From Octopus vulgaris (taxonomy: Eukaryota): a stretch of DNA of 64,000 nucleotides. The position numbers and the translations under genes are program-made. The notes under the pieces are model-generated. The model was given only the letters and a program-made list of their open reading frames with translations. It was not told where the DNA came from and did no database searches. Where the stretch lies: assembly GCA_951406725.2 (NCBI GenBank), contig OX597814.1:213776001-213840000 (forward strand). Reading direction: 5' to 3'. Positions 1 to 14,830 of this stretch are shown piece by piece (the first letter of the stretch is position 1; each line of letters opens with the position of its first letter).

Positions 1-469
1 TATAATTTCTTTGTTTGTGAATTGAAGCTACAATTGGTTTCTTGTTAAGAAAAGTGGGGAAATATACCAGTGTCTTAACAATTTGCCAAGCCAATCAGAT
101 GGAGAAAGGTGTTCGCCGCAATTTTGGAAAACAGTGTCGCTTCGTTCACGGGATTTCTCGAAAATTCGTGTTACTAAAACAATGAATCAGTAGGGACGTT
201 ATTCTTGAGGTGCACCTTTTGCATGTTTGACTCCCTTGGAGGTGTCTTTTCTGTAAATTTTTTTGTATGATAAGTTTGCATAAATTTGCATTATTTTGTT
301 TTGTTTTGTTCTGAGCACGGCGTTCTTGTACATGATTGTTGAGGTAGTTCGTCATTGGTGCAAATTTCTTCTTTGTGTGTAGTTTGTGTGGTATGTGTGT
401 TCACGTCAAGGAAAGAGGGTTATCCTGGTAGGGCTACCCTCGTTTATAGGGGCTCTTCTTTGAAATATT

Positions 470-670
470 TGAGTGTAAAATATTGCTTGTATATGTAGGG
501 ATGGAAGGTTTTATTCCTAATGTTTAAGATGGTATCTGTTGATTGTGCAATGTTTAATTTTTCAGTAATACAGAGTTCACATTTGGTACCCCGTCCTTTG
601 TATTTTTTGGCCTTAGGAATAATTCTCCATTCTCTCTAAGGATTGCTTATTCCACCTTCTTTCAATGTCC
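470..670 (-). pseudogene. Penelope-like element ORF C-terminus (after the GIY-YIG core), decayed
   Basis: Manual minus-strand translation across a stop and a frameshift gives WTLKE..EWRIIPKAKKYKG/GTKCELCITEKLNI..ILNIRN, matching the W.LK...W.I...A..Y...C.LC..EK...LN.R tail of PLE ORFs. Confidence 0.55.
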
Positions 671-1124
671 ACATGTATACATATATATATATATAATTTT
701 CAGTGGTTGTAGCATGCACTGCGCTAACCCCATCTATTAGCCCAAGAAGACCTTCGACGGTGTGACATGAAAATTGACAAAGCCGGGAACTTCCAAGGCC
801 TCAGGTTTTATTTCGGAGATTTCCTTCTCCTAGGTAGATTACCAACCAAGGTTAAAGAGCTTCTACCTGCCCATGAGGTAAGCTGTCCCATTCCAGACAC
901 CAAACCAACACTCAGACACTCTATAAAGTGATCAAATATCACTCCGGTGACCGACGCGGAGTAGCTCATTTATATATATAAAAATATACGATACGTGATT
1001 TGGAAATATAAATAAGAATTAAATATAAATAATATATATAAATATAAAAAAGTAAAAGATATGCAATTTAAAACTATAAATAAAGTAAGATTTAAATATA
1101 AATAATATATATATATATATTAAA

Positions 1125-1354
1125 GGCGGTGAGCAGGCAGAAACGTTAGCACGCCGGGCGAAATGCGTAGCCGTATTTCGTCTGCCGTTACGTTCTGAGT
1201 TCAAATTCCGCCGAGGTCGACTTTGCCTTTCATTCTTTCGGGGTCGATAAATTAAGTACCAGTTACGCACTGGGGTCGATGTAATCGACTAAATCCGTTT
1301 GTCTGTCCTTGTTTGTCCCCTCTGTGTTTAACCCCTTCTGGGTAGTAAAGAAAT
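1125..1354 (+). mobile_element. tRNA-derived SINE, family A
   Basis: Head GGCGGTGAGCAGGCAGAAACG, B-box GAGTTCAAATTCC, tail GGGTAGTAAAGAAAT; near-identical copies at 28374, 34593 and 36191. Confidence 0.9.
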
Positions 1355-1664
1355 AAATATATATATATATATATATATAAGTAAAAATATACATATATAT
1401 ATATACATATAAGAAAAAACGATATATACATATTTACAGATATTTTGTTGGATGGCCGTTAACTGCTCATGAGTTCCTCCGCTCTAGAGTGCTACTGGTA
1501 ACATGTAATCCAGTACAACCTGTCGCATGGTCGGGTCGTCGGTGACTAGACTGGCAACCCCACCAGGCTTGCTTGGTGAGGAGGGTGTTGTTGGACACCC
1601 AGCGGGATGAAAAATAACACCCGTGAAAGGGCAGAGAATGTGTGTGCGTGTGTGTGTGTGTGTA

Positions 1665-1724
<60 letters not shown>

Positions 1725-2028
1725 GTTGTGCTTGTGTATGTCAACCGCATGACAACCGCTGTTGGTGTGTTTAAGTTCCCGTTGGTGTGTTTAAGTTCAG
1801 CGAAAGTGTCGGATTGAATAAGTACTAGGCTTTTAAAAAAAACTGTCCTAAGGTCGATTTGTTCGACTAAAACCTTTGAAGGCAGTGCTCCAACATGGCT
1901 GAAGTCAAATGGACTGACAGATGTAAAAAAAAATAAAAATGACTTGAAACATGAAAAGTGTTTGAGATAGGAAAAGTATGAGGAAGAATTTTACGACAGT
2001 GAGATTTGACCTCAGTATGTTAAACAAG

Positions 2029-2410
2029 TGGAGGCGCAATGGCCCAGTGGTTAGGGCAGCGGACTCGCGGTCATAGGATCGCGGTTTCGATTCCCAGACC
2101 GGGCGTTGTGAGTGTTTATTGAGCGAAAACACCTAAAAAGCTCCACGAGGCTCCGGCAAATGGTGGTGATCCCTGCTGTACTCTTTCACCACAACTTTCT
2201 CTCGCTCTTACTTCCTGTTTCTGTTGTACCTGTATTTCAAAAGGGCCGGCCTTGTCACTCTCTGTGTCACGCTGAATATCCCCGAGAACTACGTTAAGGG
2301 TACATGTGTCTGTGGAGTGCTCAGCCACTTACACGTTAATTTCACGAGCAGGCTGTTCCGTTGATTCGGATCAACCGGAACTCTCGTCGTCGTAACCGAC
2401 GGAGTGCTTC
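2029..2410 (+). mobile_element. tRNA-derived SINE, family C
   Basis: A-box TGGCCCAGTGG, B-box GTTTCGATTCCC, tail CGTCGTCGTAACCGACGGAGTG; copies at 35100 and 55326. Confidence 0.9.
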
Positions 2411-2602
2411 CATGTTATGTGATAATATACGCACATATATATATATATTCTAAGTATTCATTCCCTCGAGGTAGCCCTTCATATCAGCCTCGTTCATTCG
2501 GTTATCGTTGTACCTTGTGGCCCTGGAGGCGACAGTAAGATCGTTCTACCTTCTTCCTTGACAGCTTGTTCCATTGTTAACCCACTGCTTTTAAGATCTT
2601 TT

Positions 2603-2870
2603 GTTATTTACATCATTTACATTATTTGCATTTGACGGATATTTGTCCTCATCTTGTTTGTTGTTAACACAACGTTTCGGCTGATATACCCTCCAGCCTT
2701 CATCAGGTGTCTTGGGGAAATTTCGAACCTGGGTTCTCATTGTTAAAGTATTTTTCGATGTTATTATCATTATTGTTGTTGTTGTTGCTGTTGTTCAGGT
2801 CACTGCTTGGAATCGAACTCGGAATCTTGGGATTAGTAGCACGCGCTCTTAATCACTACGCCATATGCCC
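2603..2870 (-). mobile_element. tRNA-headed SINE-like element carrying a hammerhead motif (family F)
   Basis: Minus strand: A-box TGGCGTAGTGAT (2863-2852), B-box GAGTTCGATTCC (2820-2809), (AAC/AAT)n linker, hammerhead motif, (AATGTAAAT)-like tail. Confidence 0.7.
2666..2711 (-). ncRNA. Minimal type I hammerhead ribozyme motif
   Basis: GACAC-CTGATGA-A-GGCTG(loop)CAGCC-GAAAC-GT-T-GTGTT: core CUGAUGA/GAAA, 5-bp stem II, stem I GACAC/GTGTT, stem III reduced to palindromic AACGTT as in PLE minimal hammerheads. Confidence 0.7.
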
Positions 2871-2911
2871 GTGGGCATATGAATCTAATAATTTTCTATC
2901 CTTCCTTAATA

Positions 2912-3100
2912 CCTATTTCTTTACTACCCACAAGGGGCTAAACACAGAGAGAACAAACAAGGAGAGACAAACGGCTTAAGTCGATTATATTAATTTATCG
3001 ACCCCGAAAGGATGAAATCTACTTCGGCGGATTTGAATTTTCTATCCTTCGCCCCAAGGGCTAAACACTGAGAGGACAAACAAACGGATTAAGTCGATTA
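2912..3100 (-). mobile_element. SINE-A fragments (rearranged, duplicated 3' part)
   Basis: Reverse-complement matches to the SINE-A tail and body. Confidence 0.75.
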
Positions 3101-3119
3101 TAATTATTTATCTTAATAT

Positions 3120-3715
3120 TTCCGACGTTCGTGTCTGCAGCTCCTCCTTAATACCGGTTCCCATACGCTGCTCATACTTGCACTCGGTCTGTTTAGGAGG
3201 TTGCTGTGACCTATAACGAACCCATAGCTAAACCCTCCTCTTGTCGATATATATCAGTGTCCATACTGAAGTGGATAGTTTCTACACAGAAGGTCAAAAT
3301 TTCCATCAAGTTTCTTATTGGTGTACTAGTGCACTCTTTTAGATGGGTGTCTGTCACTAGTTTTTCTTGAATCACTGATAGTGCTTCACCAGTTAGGACT
3401 TTGGTGAACAGACTTATCACATTTAGACTCACCATCTGATTGGATTCAATGGGAGTATCCTTGATCAATTCTGTAAAGTGGGTGGAATTCTTCACGTACG
3501 ATGTTGACTTTCTTGCTAATGGACTGATTATATCTACAAGGAAGCGGCTCTGTGGGTGACATGCTGAACTTCTACAGCTCCCTATGGGTCTTAATGGAAT
3601 ACCATCTTTGTGAATCTTAGGGAGACTGTACATGTGTGGTAGTTTACTGTGGTGTTGAGTCAGTTGTCTGTACTTGATATGTGTAAAGTGAGCCTTGTTC
3701 TTGATCAAGTTCTGT
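3120..3715 (-). pseudogene. Penelope-like reverse transcriptase fragment
   Basis: ORF 3211-3789: YSLPKIHKDGIPLRPI, YVKNSTHF, MVSLNVISLFT, QEEGLAMGS are PLE RT motifs; the N-terminal part of the listed ORF is microsatellite. Confidence 0.85.
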
Positions 3716-3804
3716 GACAACTTTCTCTCACACACACACATACACATACGCATACACATGCATACACATACATACACACACACAAACACACATGAGCTGA
3801 AAGA

Positions 3805-3976
3805 AGGATCAGTTAATTATGATTTTATTCAACATATTCCCCTCTCAGATTCACACACTTATCGTAGCGGTCCTTAAGTTTTTTCTAAGCCCTACAGAAG
3901 AAGTCGGAAGTTTGGGCCTCCAACCAGGCATTTCACTATGCTCTTACAGTCAGGAACTTATCAGCACTCCCTCGTA
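3805..3976. mobile_element. mariner-derived MITE, partial
   Basis: Homologous to 11805-12028; ends CAGGAACTTATCAGCACTCCCTCG-TA. Confidence 0.65.
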
Positions 3977-3981
3977 TGTGT

Positions 3982-4055
<74 letters not shown>

Positions 4056-4445
4056 TTTTATGCATGTTCTATGACATATTTGGGTTACAAATAGCTAATT
4101 ATTTGCTGCATTAACAATTAAATAATTATTAGAATTAATAATTAATAGATTTTTCTGCATAGAGTTACACAATTTTCATCACTAACAATTACTACGTATT
4201 TACACCTCCGCATAATTTGTGTATCACATCGATTGTTATATAAACAATGTGTAAAAGGTGTTAACGCTGATCGACAAAACCACAGAGGAATGTGATCGAA
4301 CTTCAGTTGGTGGGGGGGGGAAGGCGTTGCTTGGACTCTTTGCCGATTATAGACTCTAAAACGTGTTTGAGATAGATTAGTTATATACACTAGTATTGTA
4401 TTATATGTGGTTCTCTGTGTGTATGTGTGTGTGTGTGTGTGTTGT

Positions 4446-4477
<32 letters not shown>

Positions 4478-4559
4478 CTGTGTGTGTCTGTCTGTGTGTG
4501 TGTTACTGCGTACATGCATACGTGACATAGCTACATACAGAATATATATATCTGTGTAG

Positions 4560-4869
<310 letters not shown>

Positions 4870-6445
4870 GGGAAACAAGCATAACAGGGAGAGAACTGGG
4901 TGTATATTTTTAGATAGCTAGACAAACCGACAGACAGCTAGACAGGCAGACAGACGTAACAGTGAGAGAAGTGGATATATTCATTTTTGATACAACTCGG
5001 AATATATAGTTTAGAGAATTTTTATACTCGAAACATGGGCTTGAATAATGTTTTTGGTCGGATGATAACACAATTATAATAGAACGTATCGTTTCTGTAA
5101 ACATAAATTATCTCAAGCTAATAATTGCCTCGGTTTTTTAATTGTTTACGAACATAAAGCAAAGAAAAATGGTTCTGCTAAACAGATTTATTTTTTCCAC
5201 TGACAAGATATTCTAAGACACTCTGAAATTTCTCACACCTTAGGGAATTCTCATGTCAGTTATAATCATTATTTTTTTATAAGGAAATGTTAAACTACGT
5301 TTATTTCTACGAGTAGTCGTAAATTTGGTCTTCAAATCGTAACATTTTCTAAAGAAATCATTAGTTACTAATTACTTGAAATTTGTTTCTTCTTTCAAAT
5401 ATTTGATATTGAAGCCAATTAAATATGACAAAGGTGTTAGGGAAAGAATGAACAACGCCTTGACAAATACATGAATTTCAATCAATGTTTAAATTGGCAT
5501 TAATTCTACCCTTTGAATCAATATTCTTTTGCACTATTGGCAAAATGCTGCCTTCTTTAAACTTAAAACTATCCTTCTTGACAAATGAACTTAGATATGT
5601 TCACACTTTTGTGAGGTGTTTTTTATGGCTTTGGCAGAGACGAAAGACCGGAGTTTTGTGACAACTTTCTCTCACACACACACATACACACATACACATA
5701 CAGACACATACATACACACACACAAACACACATGAGCTGAAAGAAGGATCAGTTAATTATGACTTTATTCAACATATTCCCCCTCTCAGATTCACACACT
5801 TATTGTAGCGGTCATTCAGTTTTTCTAAGCCCTACAGAAGAAGTCGGAAGATGAGTTGAAAGTTCTGAGAAGAGGAAAGTTCTTTTCGAATCTAGACCTA
5901 CAAGAATGCTTGTAACAGAATGCAATCCATAAAGTACCCATGGCTGAAATGGAAACACTTTAAACCTACCACTTAAAAAGAGAAGTAGATCATTCAACAA
6001 GCTTCTTAAGATTTTTTTCTGGCAAATTTTACTCAATCGAATAAGGCCAATGTAGAAGATACTTACCAAGATTGTTGTGCTATTGAATCGAATCCGAAAC
6101 TATGTAGATGCAAACAGAATTTCTTAATGACAGGCACTCGCTAATATGCTCTTGAATCATTCATTGACTTTGATTATGTACGGGTGCTTTTAGGGTTGAT
6201 TGATATGCTTATATGTAACAACATGTATAGATGGCATAACTGAAGTATATGGTATTTGAATATACATTCATAAATTCTTTTATGGGTTTCTCTTGGTTAT
6301 ATTTTGCTGACAGCTAACACGTTTACTTGTATTTTGTCATTGATAAATAAGAGACAAAAGACAGAGTATAACTTAATTTAACTGGTCGTAAAAAGATGTA
6401 ACATCCACGAAATTAAATACTTTATATATATATATATATATATAT

Positions 6446-6656
6446 ACTCTTTTACTCTTTTACTCTTTTACTTGTTTCAGTCAGTTGACTGCGGCCATGC
6501 TGGAGCACCGCTTTTAGTCGAGCAACTCGACCCCGGGACTTATTCTTTGTAAGCCCAGTACTCATTCTATCGGTCTCCTTTTGCCGAACCGCTAAGTGAC
6601 GGGGACGTAAACACACCAGCATCAGTTGTCAAGCAATGCTAGAGGGACAAACACAG

Positions 6657-6733
<77 letters not shown>

Positions 6734-6898
6734 TACGACAGGCTTCTTTCAGTTTCCGTCTACCAAATCCACTCACAAGGCATTGGTCGGCCCGGGGCTA
6801 TAGCAGAAGACACTTGCCCAAGGTGCCACGCAGTGGGACTGAACCCGGAACCATGTGGTTGGTTAGCAAGCTACTTACCACACAGCCACTCCTGCGCC
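6446..6898 (-). mobile_element. tRNA-derived SINE, family B (CORE-like motif, internal (TA)n(TG)n)
   Basis: Head GGCGCAGGAGTGGCTGTGTGG, GGTTCAGTCCC, CORE-like CACCTTGGGCAAGTG, (GTAAAAGA)n tail; more than 10 copies in window. Confidence 0.9.
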
Positions 6899-7875
6899 TA
6901 TATATATATATTTACTTTCGATTAAGATACTACATATATAAAAACATGATTGTGAAAATAGTAAAGATCATTGAATAAATGATAGAAATGCATTTCTATC
7001 ATTTATTCAACGTTGGCCATGCTGGACATTTGATTTGGAAACATTTGCATTTACAAGACATAGTATGCTTTGACTGGCAGTTCACAGCTTCACTCATAAC
7101 TTTGGGTCAATCCGATGCGATAATGTCACACACTTGCTCGCATACATGATACCTCAGCGAACTTCTAAACCATTCTTCAAGGACATACGTGTGTATATCC
7201 GCGCGCGTATTGCATATTTCTGTATATTAGTTTCATCAATGGGGTGAACGACAGTTTCGTAGTAACATAATGAGTTCATCTATTGTAAATAGGACCTTGA
7301 GCAAAGACATCAGTAGGCTGAAATGAATTGAGAAACTCTCTGTTGGATAGTTAGCAATATTGTTAACATCAACTACGGTGTGAATTGATTTGTACAACAT
7401 GGATTGGATTTATAATTGTTGATTGATAATGGCATTAATATCCCGTACAATGTCATTTCTGACAGTTCATAAAGCCACTGGCGGCTTCTATAGCTTTGTA
7501 AGAAGCCTTTATAAACTTTATAAACTCTTGTCTCTTAGTACCAGCTGGTTGCTAGCCATTTTCATCCTTGATAAATATCTAATAAGTAAAACCTTCATGT
7601 GTGTGTGTGTGCGTGTGTAGGCGCGTAGCTTAGCGGTTAGGTTGTTGGAGTCAAGCTTGGAAGACTGTAGTCTTGATTCCCGGACTGGGAGACTTGTGTT
7701 TTATGCAAAACATTTCATTTCACATTGCTTCAGTTCGCTCAGCTAGCAAAATTGAATAATCTTGCGACGGAGCGGCGTTCCATTCAGGAGTGTGGGTGGG
7801 AATATATTCGCCAAGAAAACCAGCCCTATGAATCGATATTACTCTGAAAGAAACTTTATCCTTTATCGTATCATG

Positions 7876-7940
<65 letters not shown>

Positions 7941-8185
7941 GAGAAAACATAATTTCAAAAAGAACAATTCAGACTTTTTGAGAGATCCAAAAGAGAGAAA
8001 AAATGATTTCTAATGAAGTTTCATCATATTCATAAAATTCAGCCAGAGCAAGTAATAAGAATATGAAAATAATAGTTGAAAAATTTCGTTATAGGTATAA
8101 ATATACCATAAACAAGTATAAAAAAAGTGGAGAATAAATATGTTGAATCAAAATTATATTTAATGCAAAATTTGATTCAATACAT

Positions 8186-8284
8186 ACGCACGTTTCGAAC
8201 GACAATACAAATATGTAAGGAAAAAGTATAATCATTGTAATTATAATTATTAAATTTATGCATTGTCATTCTCATCAGCGTGAG
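8186..8284 (-). ncRNA. Hammerhead-like motif with long stem II, probably inactive
   Basis: ACG-CTGATGA-GAATGACAATGCA...TGTATTGTCGTTC-GAAAC-GT-G-CGT; 13-bp stem II with G-U pairs; cleavage triplet is GUG (non-canonical). Confidence 0.55.
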
Positions 8285-8423
8285 GAATTTTTGGAAGAAC
8301 ATCAATAAAGTTTAATAAAATAAAATAAAGTAAAATAAAATAAAATAAAATAAGATACAATAAGGGAGAATACAGATGGGGTAATAGGGAAAAATCGGAT
8401 ATTTTCAAACAAGTTGTAAAAGG

Positions 8424-8426
<3 letters not shown>

Positions 8427-8476
<50 letters not shown>
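8427..8476. repeat. (AAT)n microsatellite
   Basis: Direct reading. Confidence 0.95.
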
Positions 8477-9518
8477 GTGAGAGAGACGAAAAAGGATAAA
8501 GAAAGACATATCAATGTGTATGGCTGGCAACCAGCTGGTACTAAGAGACAAGATATAAAATAAACAGACTGGAAGAGTCAACAGTGTATCTGAAGAAATA
8601 TGTTCAGTAAACTATAACGTAGAAATAAAAGTCTAACGGATATGTTTAAAGGAATAGTAACAGGTCGAGACGAAGTAGAAAGTAAACAAGGCCACGTGTT
8701 GTGTAGTAGAATATAACGCAACAGGTTCACTAGCAGAAAGAAGCTATAGAGAGTTATACGTATACATATTAATACTGCAAAACGATATATATATATATAT
8801 ATATAACAAGAGGTTTAAAGCTGAGAGACAAGACTATGTTTGAAAATGACACAATATTTAAATAAAAATGTACATACAAGCAGAGAAAAGACAAAAAAAA
8901 ATTAACAAAGAGAAGCAACTCTTTGTCGCGCATTCTCTGGAGTGTGCGCATTCGTGTGTTTGTGTGTACCTATTTGTACATGCGCGCGCATGTGTCAATG
9001 TACATCTACGCACTCATACACACTCGTATAAGTACGGCTTCACACACACAGATTTGTGAACATATACATGTACACATATATGCGTTTAAATATATGTAGA
9101 GTTCTCTGTATGTTTCAGTTATTCACATTCCTTCATTCGGAGATGACTTAAGAATATTTTAAAAAATTTTAAATATGTTCAAATTTTTTTTATATTTTAA
9201 TTTGAAATTTGGCGCGAAAGTACCTGCTGTTCAGGCAATTATTAGCTTGAGATAATTTATGTTCACAGAAACGGTACGTTCTATTATAATTGTGTTATCA
9301 TCCGACCAAAAACATTATTCAAGCCCATGTTTCTAGTATAAAAATTCTCTAAACTATATATTCCGAGTTGTATCAAAAATGAATATATCCACTTCTCTCA
9401 CTGCTACGTCTGTCTGCCTGTCTAGCTGTCTGTCGATTTCTCTAGCAATCTTAAAATATACATCCAGTTCTCTCCCTGTTATGCTTGTTTCCCTATCAAT
9501 CAATCAATCAATCAATCA

Positions 9519-9564
<46 letters not shown>

Positions 9565-10718
9565 TTAAACACTTAGTGTTTAAATAGATTGAAAAACATT
9601 TAGCAGTGATACTTTAAGGTGAGTCCAAAATATAATAAGGGTTGAAGGTTAAAATTATGTACAGTCTTGGTATTAGTTTCAAATAAAATGTGGACATTAT
9701 AATAATTTTTCAAGAATTTATGTAATGCTTTCTTTATACATTCAACAGCTGGTCTAAATAATTTGGTAGTTGTAAATAGGGCATTATCCCTATATAATCC
9801 TCCGCATATTTCAGGAAAATTCTTCTTGATCTGTGATTATAAAAATAGGCCAACAAAATCAGTGAATTGGGCAGAGTGTGACGATCCCATTATTATATCA
9901 AAATTGTGTACTGTGGTTCTCCTAGTCCAGTTATTATCGTTAAAGTATATGAGAGTTTTTCGATATGGCTGCAATCTAATGAATGAGTTAGGTGAAATGA
10001 TAAAATAATTTTATATAAATAAATGTGTATGCGTATGCGTGGGTGTATGTGTCCACGTGTGCGTGTTTCCACATAAACTATATCTACTAAATTTCACACA
10101 TGTGGTTATAAACGATCCAAGGTTTTCGTAAAGGTCACCTTCCCAAAATGCTGTGCGGCGTCACGAAATCCAAAGCAGCGTCGTTTCGAGATGAACTTCA
10201 TTACCAGGGGGTGATGGCTCTATCTACTATACTTATACTATAAATATATCATACAATGTACTATTAAAACCGTTTGTTTAAAAGAATTCTGGTCATAGAT
10301 TAATATTGATGATTCTTTCTTTGCTCGTCAAACCTAGATCCACGGTAATAAGCACAAGAAAGGATAATTTTGTTTATCTATATCTTTTAATAAAAGATTC
10401 TTTATTTTCTGTATTACAGTTGAAATTTAGGCGTCGGAAGTGTGAGACAATTCTCCCATAGCATACTTTAGCTTAATGTTTATATTTTGAATAATGCTGA
10501 CTTTCGGTTTATTATTTCTGGTATTTTTAACTTACTGTGAATTATTCTGAGACTGACACCAGATCTATCCTCTATTACATTATTCATGAAATGTCTGAGA
10601 TTTCTGTGTGAACTGTCAGACTGTCAGCATCATATCTCTCATGAATACAAACTTTATTTTCAATCCAAATATTTTTCACTTGCATCAGCTATATATGTAA
10701 ATATGAACACGCATACTT

Positions 10719-10852
10719 AAAATTTCAAGGGACTATAATGTAGATATCTACTTCTCAGTATAAAGTTTCAAGGGACTATAATGTAGATATCTACTTTTAA
10801 GTATAAAGTTTTAAGGGACTATAATGTAGATATCTACTTTTAAGTATAAAGT
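10719..10852. repeat. 43-bp minisatellite, 3 copies
   Basis: Unit AAAGTTTCAAGGGACTATAATGTAGATATCTACTTTTAAGTAT at 10719, 10762 and 10805. Confidence 0.9.
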
Positions 10853-11029
10853 CACTATCTGTATGTAGGAGGGGGTTACGGATGTAAGGCTAAGTTGACT
10901 TAAAGGTATTTTGTTTCTTTGCCGATGCATTCTGTCAAACACCGCCCAACTAACGTAGCTAAAATCAGGCGAGGAGTGGGCCGCCTGTGAGGTATTTTGG
11001 TGGCATTCTCTACAACAAACAATGAAAAG

Positions 11030-11422
11030 CTACTCTTTTACTTGTTTCAGTCATTTGACTGCGGCCATGCTGAAGCACCGCCTTTAGTCGAGCAAATCGA
11101 CCCCGGAACTTATTCTTTGTATGCCCAGTACTTATTCTATCGGTCTCTTTTTGCCGAACCGCTAAGTTACGGGGACGTAAACACACCAGCATCGGCTGTC
11201 AAGTAATGCTAGGGGGACAAACACAGACACACACATACATATATATATATGCATATATACGATGGGCTTCTTTCAGTTTCCGTCTATCAAATCCACTCAC
11301 AAGGCATTGGTCGGCCCGGGGCTATAGCAGAAGACACTTGCCCGAGATGCCACGCAGTGGGACTGAACCCGGAGCCATGTGGCTGGTAGACAAGCTACTT
11401 ACCACACAGCCACTCCTGCGCC
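11030..11422 (-). mobile_element. SINE-B
   Basis: Full-length match to the 6446-6898 family. Confidence 0.9.
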
Positions 11423-11694
11423 TATTGATTTTTGTTGTTGATTTTTCTGTCAGGACATAACAACCCGCACAACATTTTCCTGCAAAGTATTGCAAATTTG
11501 TTGTGACAGTTGTAAGAACTGTTTCTTTAAAGATTTGCCTAATTAATAATAGTGTTGGTATGGATGCATTTAGTACATGAAAAAGAGAAATACTCGATAA
11601 AGTTTTGTTAATACATTACATATCTATAAATATGTGTGTAACAGTTACCAGTAGTCAATGTCGAGACTATTACGTTACTACATATTTTTAAATG

Positions 11695-11696
<2 letters not shown>

Positions 11697-11777
<81 letters not shown>

Positions 11778-11787
11778 TAATAATAAT
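11697..11787. repeat. (AAT)n microsatellite
   Basis: Direct reading. Confidence 0.95.
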
Positions 11788-11804
11788 TAATAAAAATACT
11801 ACCC

Positions 11805-12028
11805 TTCGTTCAAGGGGTGCTGAAAAGTTTCTGGTTTGGGATAAAAGAAAATACAAGAGGATCAGTTAATTATGATTTTATTCAACATGTTACCCTCTCA
11901 AATTCACGCACTTATTGCAGCCGTCCTTCAGTTTTTCTAAGCCCTGTAAAATAACTCGGAATGTTGGGCCTCCAATCAGGCCTTTCGCAATGCCCTTAAG
12001 CCAGGAACTTTACAGCAGGCCCTAGTAC
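11805..12028. mobile_element. mariner-derived MITE
   Basis: Degenerate TIRs GGGGTGCTGAAAAGTTTCTGG / CCAGGAACTTTACAGCAGGCCC; homologous pieces at 3805 and 5745. Confidence 0.6.
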
Positions 12029-12899
12029 TATAGGTAAAAGGCGTGGAACTTTAGGATAGGCTTAGTCAATTATACCGATCCCGGTGCTCAGCTGGTACTT
12101 ATTTTATCGGTCCCGAAAGGATGAAAGACAAAGCCGAACTCGGCGGAATTTGAACTCAGAACGTAAATACGGACAAAGTGCCGCTAAGCATTTTGTCTGG
12201 CGTGCTAACAATTCTGCCATCATTAGGCCAAGGAGAAATTCGGAAAAGATATACTCCAGAAAGCTTAAGCAAAACGTTTGCCAGTGAGCGTATCAGGAAA
12301 CAACCAATTATCACAAAGTGAATTCTGAGACTCACTTGCAAGTTCAGTTCTAGCTGATCCTTGTAAGGCAATTGCATGTAAAATGTAGGTGGTATTTACA
12401 TATTGCTCTGTGGTTTTATTTTGAACAAGATATCGTCTCCTAAAGTACACTTATTTTAAAACTGATTCATAGGTTCACGCCATTTTCTGTATTACGAAGT
12501 GGTGAGTTCATTTAGTATAATATTTACCCAAATATGCATTTTTTTAATTTTCTAGAGTGTAGGGTAACCTGTTTCTCAAGTAACCTGTTTCTCAACAAAT
12601 GGAAATTGTAGTGTTTTATATGAGGGATTTATTAAGCTATGTCATTCTTCGCATATTTAATTGAAAAGTAAACTCCATCTTAAATGTTTAGAAAACTTGA
12701 AGGTTGATAACTTCTCACCCTTTATATATTCCATACAATATCTCTATTTTTCAAAAGTGTGCTATGCTAAAAGCCATTAACAGGAATCAACTTCATATTT
12801 CCTGAGTCTGATATTCAAGAAATTGATCATTAGGCTAATAACTTTTATCGTTCAGAAAATCTGTCCTCAGCTGAAGAAATAAATGAAAAAAAAATTGGC

Positions 12900-14830
<1,931 letters not shown>

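Noticed and set aside
700-960. Possible RTE-type LINE 5' UTR fragment on the minus strand
   Set aside because: Only a remembered motif resemblance; no linked ORF
1452-1530. Possible HDV-like ribozyme (GGCCG start, GAG-TTCCTCCG-CTC, TACTGG/CCAGTA stem)
   Set aside because: No P1 complement or GG for P1.1 in the required position
2030-2105. tRNA genes at SINE heads
   Set aside because: A/B boxes are present but cloverleaves are incomplete and heads continue into SINE bodies
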